NCBI GenBank assembly: GCA_038861545.1
Contig: JAWCCZ010000008.1
Span: 1 to 22,348, forward strand
Direction: 5' to 3'
Length of the DNA: 22,348 nucleotides
From: Thermofilaceae archaeon
GTDB taxonomy: Archaea; Thermoproteota; Thermoprotei; Thermofilales; Thermofilaceae
Shown piece after piece: positions 7,912 through 14,897 of the stretch; the first letter of the stretch is position 1; every line of letters begins with the position of its first letter. A program made the position numbers and the translations under genes. The notes beneath the pieces were generated by a model that was not told the DNA's origin, searched no databases, and saw nothing but the letters and a program-made list of their open reading frames with translations.

Positions 7912-9603
7912 ATGAGTAGAATCCTCGTTGAGCATTCAGTATGCCTTGTGGGGGAACGTGTTAGGGTTCTAACAGAGTGTGAACATGAAGATACTTTAAC
8001 AGTCTTAAAAGGAACCGAAAGGGTACACCGTGTAGGGGTATCAGCAGGCTCAGAAGTAGTGGAGTTTGAAATTAGTGAGGCTGGAGTTTATGAGTTAGTT
8101 TTAGAGGGGGCTAAAGTATCGGGATCCTTCGCCGCTCTAGAGCGCCCCGAAAAACCCCCCCTCCTGGCAATAGTTTTTCATAACCATCAAGCGCCAAATT
8201 ATTCTCCCGATGGTTCGATTAGAGAACCTTGGGCTTTTAAGCATGTGTGGGATAACGAATTTCACCCCTACTATAGGGGAGGGGCCTATTATTTGCAGGC
8301 CGCTCTGCTTTCCAGCTGGCGTATGCAGTGGAACGCCAACCTTTCTCCCAGTCTTCTTAAACAGTGGGCAGATCTTCTGGATAAAGGTATAATGTTAAAC
8401 GCTGGAGGTGTGTACATCGGCATAGACCCGGACAGCCCGACGGCTGGGATGGTTCGCGAAACGCTTGAAGGTTTTAGAGAATTGGTTAACAAGGGGTTAC
8501 TGGAGCTGATGACCAGTTTTTACTCACATCCCCTAGCCGGTTATCTAGCTGACGCATACGGCTGGCTCGATATCCTACGGGAAGAACTTAAGTGGGGTAA
8601 GGGCATTAGCGTGCAGGTGATGGGCGTTGAGCCGAAGGGCTTATGGCTACCGGAGTTATCTTTCTCGATGAAGCTTACTCGGCTGATGCGTGAGTGTGAA
8701 ATAGAGTTTACAGTGTTAGATTCAATGAACCACTTTACCGGGGCGGTAGGAGATAAAGGGTCTATTTACGAGCCTTACTTGCTCGATGACGTAATAGTAT
8801 TCTTCCGGCACACAGGTTTATCCGATTTGTGGAGCTTTAAGTATAGTAACGTTAAAAACCCTGCTGAAGCTGAGGTGGGAGCTAGGGACCTAGCTCTGAG
8901 GTTAGTTTTAGAGGCTTACGTGAATAAAGCAAAACCGTTAACAGTAGCGCTGGACGGGGAGAACTGGATGATTCTTCCCGAGCCGAAACCTTTCTCCGCT
9001 ATCCTATTCAACGGTTTGCTCGAGCAGCTTAAGTGGGCTGAAGATAAGGGGTTAGTGAAGCTTGTTAAACTTAGCGATCTCTTAGGGAAGGTGGAGCCAC
9101 GTAAACTGGTAAACGTGCCTTCACGTAGTTGGAGAGGGGGTTACGATAAATGGCTTACCGATAGAAGGGCGATGCAGGAGGCGATCTGGAGTAACATAGT
9201 TGATGCATACGAGCTCTACAAGGCGATCGATAATAGTTTGGGTTGCGGTAGCGAGGAAACGTTAGCTGTTATGCATACAGTTAACAGTGACCACATATGG
9301 GCCGAGTTCGCTGATGAAAGCTATGCAAGGGAGTGGGCCGAGTTTCTGAAAGGTAAGCTGCAAGAGGTAGTTTCATCGATTAAACTGGAGGGGTTTACCA
9401 GAGATAAACTGATTGTGCGATGGATTCACAATAAACCAACGAGAATTCTAGTGCGTACAGATGGACGTGCACAAATCTACACGTTGCAGCCAGGTCTTAA
9501 TGAGCTATACTTCGACGGTAGCAGCATAACGATTGCGTTAAAGGGTTGGACTAAAGAAGTGCTTATCGGAAAGCCTATAGTGAAGTACACTCCTACCTCC
9601 TGA
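7912..9603 (+). CDS. GH57 glycoside hydrolase, amylopullulanase-like signature, apparently cytoplasmic
   Basis: Has HNHQAP, FYSHPL, WLPELS (nucleophile E248), ALDGENW (acid/base D348) and NSDHIW. No signal peptide; beta-rich N- and C-terminal extensions. Confidence 0.88.
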   Translation: MSRILVEHSVCLVGERVRVLTECEHEDTLTVLKGTERVHRVGVSAGSEVVEFEISEAGVYELVLEGAKVSGSFAALERPEKPPLLAIVFHNHQAPNYSPDGSIREPWAFKHVWDNEFHPYYRGGAYYLQAALLSSWRMQWNANLSPSLLKQWADLLDKGIMLNAGGVYIGIDPDSPTAGMVRETLEGFRELVNKGLLELMTSFYSHPLAGYLADAYGWLDILREELKWGKGISVQVMGVEPKGLWLPELSFSMKLTRLMRECEIEFTVLDSMNHFTGAVGDKGSIYEPYLLDDVIVFFRHTGLSDLWSFKYSNVKNPAEAEVGARDLALRLVLEAYVNKAKPLTVALDGENWMILPEPKPFSAILFNGLLEQLKWAEDKGLVKLVKLSDLLGKVEPRKLVNVPSRSWRGGYDKWLTDRRAMQEAIWSNIVDAYELYKAIDNSLGCGSEETLAVMHTVNSDHIWAEFADESYAREWAEFLKGKLQEVVSSIKLEGFTRDKLIVRWIHNKPTRILVRTDGRAQIYTLQPGLNELYFDGSSITIALKGWTKEVLIGKPIVKYTPTS

Positions 9604-9654
9604 AGGCTGTTTCCATCCTTTTACTAATTCATTATCGCTCGAAGTAAAGTAGCG

Positions 9655-9672
9655 CGCTAAGATCTTATAATA
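9655..9672 (+). promoter_or_regulatory. TATA promoter of the inactive GH57-like gene
   Basis: CGCTAAGATC-TTATAATA ends 27 nt before ATG 9699. Confidence 0.5.
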
Positions 9673-9698
9673 GTAACTGGTATATAATTGAGCGATGG

Positions 9699-10775
9699 AT
9701 GGACTTTATAGTGTACTTAGAGGCTCACCAACCGCTTATTCTGAGAAAGCAGCCTAGAGAGCGTGTTACATCTTGGTTGGATCTAGTTGACGAGCATAGT
9801 TCAAGCTCTCTTTTCGAAATAGCTTTAAAAAAGTCTTACGAACCTTTGTTTAAACTTTTATCCGAGCTCGCGCCTACCGGGTTTAAAGTTGGCCTGAGGG
9901 TCAGCGGTATTTTACTTGATCAGGCTGAAAGATGGGGGAAGGTTTTTCTCGAGGAGTTAGCGAGCCTTGTGGCTAAAGGCGTGGTAGACCTAGTGGCCGG
10001 ACCTTACTATAATTCTATCACTTTTCTTCTCTCGCAAGATGAGTACGTCGAACAGGTTGAAATGCATGTAAAAAAACTAGTTGATTTATTTGGAGTTAGG
10101 CCGAAGGTTCTCTCAAATCCCTATTTAGCGTACAGCGATGAAGTTGGTCGGCTAGCGTATGATAAGCTTGAAATGCAGGCTGTCATAACAGAAGGGGCTT
10201 CCCAAGTGCTAGGCTGGAGAACGCCACATTTTGTCTATAGGCATCCAGTTCACCAGCTCAAGGTTTTGACAAGGGATCCGGAGCTAAGTAACGAAATAGC
10301 TTTCGGCTTAGGCAGATGGCTGAGAGCTGATTTCTTCACGGATAAAGTGACCCGCGTGGCCGGCTCAGTAGTGTTAGTAGGCGTTCCAATGGAGACTTTT
10401 GGCTTATCCGTTCCTAGGGAACAAGGGGCTTTCGACTTTTTACGCTGGCTTCCCCGCGAAGTTGCTAAGCGTCATTGGGTAAGGGTAGCTACACCGAGCG
10501 AGGTAGCGGCAAAAGAGCCGGTAGACCTTTTCACCTCTTTCAACGTGGTTACTTGGCTTGAGACAAAGGATCTGCGACCGTTAACAGAAAACCCTTTGCA
10601 GGCTGCTTTACTCTCACAGCTAGGTGATCTGCGAGAACATGCACGTGCCGCCGGCTTAATTGAAGCTTGGCGGCTTCTTACTCAAGTAGACCTGCTATAC
10701 GCGGCTAGAGGGGTTTCAACTTTTACTTCTGTTCAGAAGGCTATGTGTGCACTCTACGCTTCTGTAAGTCCGTAG
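9699..10775 (+). CDS. GH57 alpha-amylase-like protein lacking both catalytic residues
   Basis: Collinear with the 10741..12291 protein (EAHQP, PYYNSI, TEGASQVLGWRTPHFVY, FLRWLPREV). NTEL is replaced by NPYL and MDYET by VPMET. Confidence 0.85.
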   Translation: MDFIVYLEAHQPLILRKQPRERVTSWLDLVDEHSSSSLFEIALKKSYEPLFKLLSELAPTGFKVGLRVSGILLDQAERWGKVFLEELASLVAKGVVDLVAGPYYNSITFLLSQDEYVEQVEMHVKKLVDLFGVRPKVLSNPYLAYSDEVGRLAYDKLEMQAVITEGASQVLGWRTPHFVYRHPVHQLKVLTRDPELSNEIAFGLGRWLRADFFTDKVTRVAGSVVLVGVPMETFGLSVPREQGAFDFLRWLPREVAKRHWVRVATPSEVAAKEPVDLFTSFNVVTWLETKDLRPLTENPLQAALLSQLGDLREHARAAGLIEAWRLLTQVDLLYAARGVSTFTSVQKAMCALYASVSP

Positions 10776-12291
10776 TTTTCATGAAAGAAGCAGTTAACTC
10801 TTCTACTAGCCTTGACCTAAGCTCGTTACCTTTTAATCCCCTTAATTTCTCGATAGACGCCGCCAGCTCTTTTATACCTAAAACCCATCTAACCCATTCG
10901 GCTAAATGGCCGTGCTCAACGTGGTACTCTAAGCTCTTAGCTGGGACTGACTTGATGTAACCCAGCAAATCGAGGCCGTTTCTCGCTACGTAGGGAAGCG
11001 GAACACCGTTACTCTCGTAAAATTGGAAAACTCTATCCCGGCTGACGCTCTTCACCCATGGCGATTCAAATAGATTAACTCCAATTGCTTCGAAAACCCT
11101 TCTTTCTAAATCTGATAAGACATCATTAAACGCTGTAAAGGCGTTAAACGGAGAAGGGTAAGGGCTAAAATAACTATGCACTTCCCCTGGTCCCCCTCCC
11201 TTCATACTCATATAATAGTAATGGTCGCTAATAGTCAGTAATCTCCAAAGTCTTAAGAAAGTAGGTGATCCAGAAACTTTAGCAGGGAGCTCAAGTGCAC
11301 CCTCTCGAGCCAAGGCGAGAACTTGCATAGGATTGCCCACCCAAGCAGAAATATCTCTTTCTAGGTCAGCCCATGAGACCGGATCAACGACATCTATATA
11401 ATCAACTGGTTCATAGCGGCTAATCACCTCGCTTGGCGTAGCAAAACTCAAACCCCATTTAATAACTTCACGAGGTAACCATTCAAAGAATTCAAATATC
11501 CCGGTTTCAAGTGGGAAGTGCTCGCCTATAGTTTCGTAGTCCATAAACACACATATAACCTGCCCGGACGTTGATGCTAGCCACGAAGAGTATTTCGCGG
11601 CCGTCAGCGGATACTGGTTCCAATCACGCGAAGTAAACCTAAAGCCTACATCATCACTTAGACGGTAGTTTCTAAACAACACTTTAATATCAACTCCCTT
11701 AGCTCGGTAAACATAATTTGGCGATCTCCAGCCTAACAGTTTCTCGCTCCCCTCAGTCACAACTGCATTGAACTCCAGCTTAGCTGCAAGCTTAGCTAGG
11801 TGGTTATCATATATAAGTTCTGTGTTTTCAAAGACCTTTGGCCAAACGCCAAGCAGATCTCTAACAGTTTTCCTATGTTCCTCGACCTGATCTATGAATT
11901 CGTCATCTCCGAGCATGAAAGCAAGAGAATGGTAATATGTCTGACCAAGGATTTCGCAGCGATTATGATTGGCTATATGCTTAAAAAGATCCAGTGTATC
12001 ACGAGCCCAGCGTTCAGCCTGCTCTAAAAGGACTCCCGAAAAGCTGAATGAAACTCTAAACTCGCTGTATTCGTCTAGTAATTTTAAGAAAAGAGTTGTA
12101 GCCGGTTCATAGCATCGCGAAGCCACTCTTTGAAAAATTATTTTATTCAGTTCTTCGTCAAAATACATGCGTTCGAGGTCATCCGGCGCGAAGTCCTTTC
12201 CTTTAGAAATTACTTCATTCAGTTTATGCCTGAAAGCCATGTTAAGTCTGTAAGGTTGGTGTACCTCGAAGATTAGTACTATATCAGGCAC
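10741..12291 (-). CDS. amyA: GH57 alpha-amylase (MJ1611/AmyA-type) with C-terminal DUF5752-like domain
   Basis: Has FEVHQP, QTYYHSL, ENTELIY (E158), FMDYETIGEH (D251) and SDHYYYM. The C-terminus reads FQFY...SLEYH...GHLAEWVRWVLG..ELA. GTG start with AAGGAG SD. Confidence 0.9.
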   Translation of the reverse strand: MPDIVLIFEVHQPYRLNMAFRHKLNEVISKGKDFAPDDLERMYFDEELNKIIFQRVASRCYEPATTLFLKLLDEYSEFRVSFSFSGVLLEQAERWARDTLDLFKHIANHNRCEILGQTYYHSLAFMLGDDEFIDQVEEHRKTVRDLLGVWPKVFENTELIYDNHLAKLAAKLEFNAVVTEGSEKLLGWRSPNYVYRAKGVDIKVLFRNYRLSDDVGFRFTSRDWNQYPLTAAKYSSWLASTSGQVICVFMDYETIGEHFPLETGIFEFFEWLPREVIKWGLSFATPSEVISRYEPVDYIDVVDPVSWADLERDISAWVGNPMQVLALAREGALELPAKVSGSPTFLRLWRLLTISDHYYYMSMKGGGPGEVHSYFSPYPSPFNAFTAFNDVLSDLERRVFEAIGVNLFESPWVKSVSRDRVFQFYESNGVPLPYVARNGLDLLGYIKSVPAKSLEYHVEHGHLAEWVRWVLGIKELAASIEKLRGLKGNELRSRLVEELTASFMKTTDLQKRRVHT

Positions 12292-12374
12292 GGAATACTA
12301 CTCCTTTAGGTGCTATTATCTCTTTACTAGCTTCCAACGCTAACCATTTTGAGTACGCTAATCAGCTAATAGGC

Positions 12375-13895
12375 GTGCGGGTGTGGATTATAAGCTTTGA
12401 GTGTGGCGGTGTAGTCAAAGTAGGTGGTCTTGGGGAAGCAGTTCGAGGATATGCCGTAAGCTTGGCTGAGCGAGGGCATGACGTTCAAGTTTTAATGCCA
12501 AGCCATGGTGCAAAGGGGGAGCCGGAGTTCGACCTTGAAGGGTTTAAAGTTTATAAGCGTAAATTGGGTCAAGCTACTGTCCTCATGTTTTCAAATCCAG
12601 TGTTAGAGGAAGTAACTGTTTATTTTAACGGTCTTACAGAGGTTAAAGCTGCTAACTTAGCTAAAGCCGTCGCTAGCCTAGTAGAACATGAAGGTCCACC
12701 CGATGTAGTTCATTCAAATGATTGGCACGCCGTACCTGCAGGCATCGCGGCTCTCTCTACAGCTGAAACTCAAGGTCAAAGAACAGCTTTCATTTTTCAC
12801 GTACATCTGTATATTCACAGGTGGGTTAGTTGGGATTACATTTTCTCCGAATGCTGCCTGAACCCGGATACGACCTTAAGAGGGTTAAAACTTGGTGAGG
12901 TATACCTACGCGCTAGCGGTGTGCTTGAAGCGATTGCAGCAATGGTAGCTGATAAGATAGTTACTGTTAGTAAATCATACGTTAATGAGGTTCTCGCTCC
13001 GACTATAGGATGGATTGCTGGAGATAAACTTACTCATGTTCATAACGGTACGGACTGGAGCCTTGAACAACTATATGAAGAGGTAAAGAAGCTACACGGT
13101 TCAAGCATCTGGCGTGAGTGTGAATCAGCTAGGCCTTCAAGGCGAATCCTAAGGAGGTACTTATTAACCCAAGCTTTAGCACAAGCTGAACCTGAAATTA
13201 GGGACCCGGCTTTTTACTGGCTTCCCCGGAAGGTTGAAGTTTTCCCCTCGGATGGCCCCTTAATATTAACTACTGGACGGGCCAGCTGGCAAAAGGGTTT
13301 TGACACATTGATATTTGCAGCTGACAGGCTCCGAGGGTTGATACCTAACCTCAGACTTTTACTATTACTGATCCCTGTAAGGGGTGAAGAGGGTCACTTA
13401 AACTGGCTTCTGAACGAAGCTACTCGGAGAGATTACGTTAGAGTAATAGTTGGCCATGCTAAAAATATCTACGCGCTAGCCCATTTAGGGGCAAACGCTT
13501 TCGCTGTACCAAGTAGGTGGGAACCCTTTGGTTTAACTGCTATCGAAGCCATGGCATCAGGGGTGCCAGTAGCAGCAAGCAGAGTGGGCGGGCTAAAGGA
13601 AACAGTTATCGATCTCAGGGAGAATCCATGGGGTACTGGTTACTTAGTGGAGCCTGAAAATCCGGAAGAACTAGCTAAAGCTTTGGCTTCCTTACTTTCG
13701 ATTACAGCAAGGGATGATTTAACCGAGACTGGTGTACTCGAAAGCATAGAGAGTTTCTGCTTACCTTACCCCTCGCTTACTGGAGATGAGCTACGGAGAA
13801 GATGCATTAAAAGAGTTGATGCAGAGTTTAGGTGGAGCAAATCTGCTGAGAAAATGGAACAGGTTTACTTAAGTGTATTAAGCAGGTCAAGCTAA
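12375..13895 (+). CDS. glgA: Glycogen/starch synthase (GT5)
   Basis: Has SFECGGVVKVGGLGE (KxGGL), HSNDWH, TVSKSY, GRASWQKGFD, PSRWEPFGLTAIEAMASG and RVGGLKETV. Confidence 0.9.
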   Translation: MRVWIISFECGGVVKVGGLGEAVRGYAVSLAERGHDVQVLMPSHGAKGEPEFDLEGFKVYKRKLGQATVLMFSNPVLEEVTVYFNGLTEVKAANLAKAVASLVEHEGPPDVVHSNDWHAVPAGIAALSTAETQGQRTAFIFHVHLYIHRWVSWDYIFSECCLNPDTTLRGLKLGEVYLRASGVLEAIAAMVADKIVTVSKSYVNEVLAPTIGWIAGDKLTHVHNGTDWSLEQLYEEVKKLHGSSIWRECESARPSRRILRRYLLTQALAQAEPEIRDPAFYWLPRKVEVFPSDGPLILTTGRASWQKGFDTLIFAADRLRGLIPNLRLLLLLIPVRGEEGHLNWLLNEATRRDYVRVIVGHAKNIYALAHLGANAFAVPSRWEPFGLTAIEAMASGVPVAASRVGGLKETVIDLRENPWGTGYLVEPENPEELAKALASLLSITARDDLTETGVLESIESFCLPYPSLTGDELRRRCIKRVDAEFRWSKSAEKMEQVYLSVLSRSS

Positions 13896-13913
13896 AGCTT
13901 CTTCAGTTCTATG

Positions 13914-14660
13914 CTAACTGCGCAAATGGGTAGAACCCAATTGGAAACGGTCATACCCAGGTTTAAAATCGACTCGCATGTTCTTCTCCCCTTCAACCTG
14001 GCACAAGATCCATAGGTAATTTATGCCAACCCCTGGCGATCCTACGTTAGGATGGTATCCTCTACAGATTACCACAGCGTCATAGTTCTTAACCATATAC
14101 AAATCCGCGTTATTTTCATCTTCAACTATTTGTACTCCAAAACCGTCCTCTAAACCATAGTATACATACACCTCCAGCTTATCGTCATGTTTATGTGGTG
14201 GAAAACTAGTCCATTCGCCCGGAAAACCCTCCGTGTAACCGGCGAGTAGGCTGCAGCTAGGATCTTTTTCACCAATCGCCACGTAAACTTTTCGTCTGTA
14301 CCCTTGCATACCGGTGATAACAGGCTGTATCTCTACAAATCTCCTAATTATTGACAAGCCCTTACTTTTTGCCACAGCTTCAGCCACCACTACTAGACAT
14401 TCATTACTGTACAACTTAAGTTCGCTTGGACCCGACAAATATAGTGTATCTCTACAACCGATTTCTATGGATGCGCCATCAACATCAACATCGCACCGGC
14501 CCTTTAAGCAGGCTATAACCATCTCCCTGTTCTTAGCTAACTTATAACTCTCCGTACCGGTTAACAAAGCCCATTTGAACGTACATTTATGACAGGAATA
14601 AAGTTCAATTAAACCAGACGGCTCTTTCAATGCTTTAATGGCAATTGATCTAGGGCTCAT
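13914..14660 (-). CDS. iolB: IolB/KduI-family cupin (5-deoxy-glucuronate isomerase-like)
   Basis: Has GEWTSFPPHKHD, LEVYVY, GYHPNV and YLWIL. A TTTTTAATA TATA lies about 23-30 nt upstream. Confidence 0.85.
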   Translation of the reverse strand: MSPRSIAIKALKEPSGLIELYSCHKCTFKWALLTGTESYKLAKNREMVIACLKGRCDVDVDGASIEIGCRDTLYLSGPSELKLYSNECLVVVAEAVAKSKGLSIIRRFVEIQPVITGMQGYRRKVYVAIGEKDPSCSLLAGYTEGFPGEWTSFPPHKHDDKLEVYVYYGLEDGFGVQIVEDENNADLYMVKNYDAVVICRGYHPNVGSPGVGINYLWILCQVEGEKNMRVDFKPGYDRFQLGSTHLRS

Positions 14661-14897
14661 ACATTGACACTATTACTTGATATATTAAAAACACCTTCGA
14701 ATATTAATCCTGCTAACGCTACATCAAAGGAATTTTAAATCTAGTAAGTTGAACATAACTTAAATTAGAGTGCGCTTTAACTCTTTCAGTTTTTCAGGTG
14801 TATTCTCATACTGTTAGATGCTTGCATACTCATAAACTTTCACAAAGTTACACAACGTATTTAGCTTGATAATGGGTTAGTTCACCGGGTTCAAGCC

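Noticed and set aside
9699-10775. Dead GH57 as a pseudogene
   Set aside because: The long ORF is intact with its own TATA, and losses are concentrated at catalytic positions.
14745-14762. TAAGTT-N6-AACTTA inverted repeat and other short AT-rich palindromes (20756-20767, 21706-21715)
   Set aside because: Short and AT-rich, so expected by chance or as part of TATA regions.
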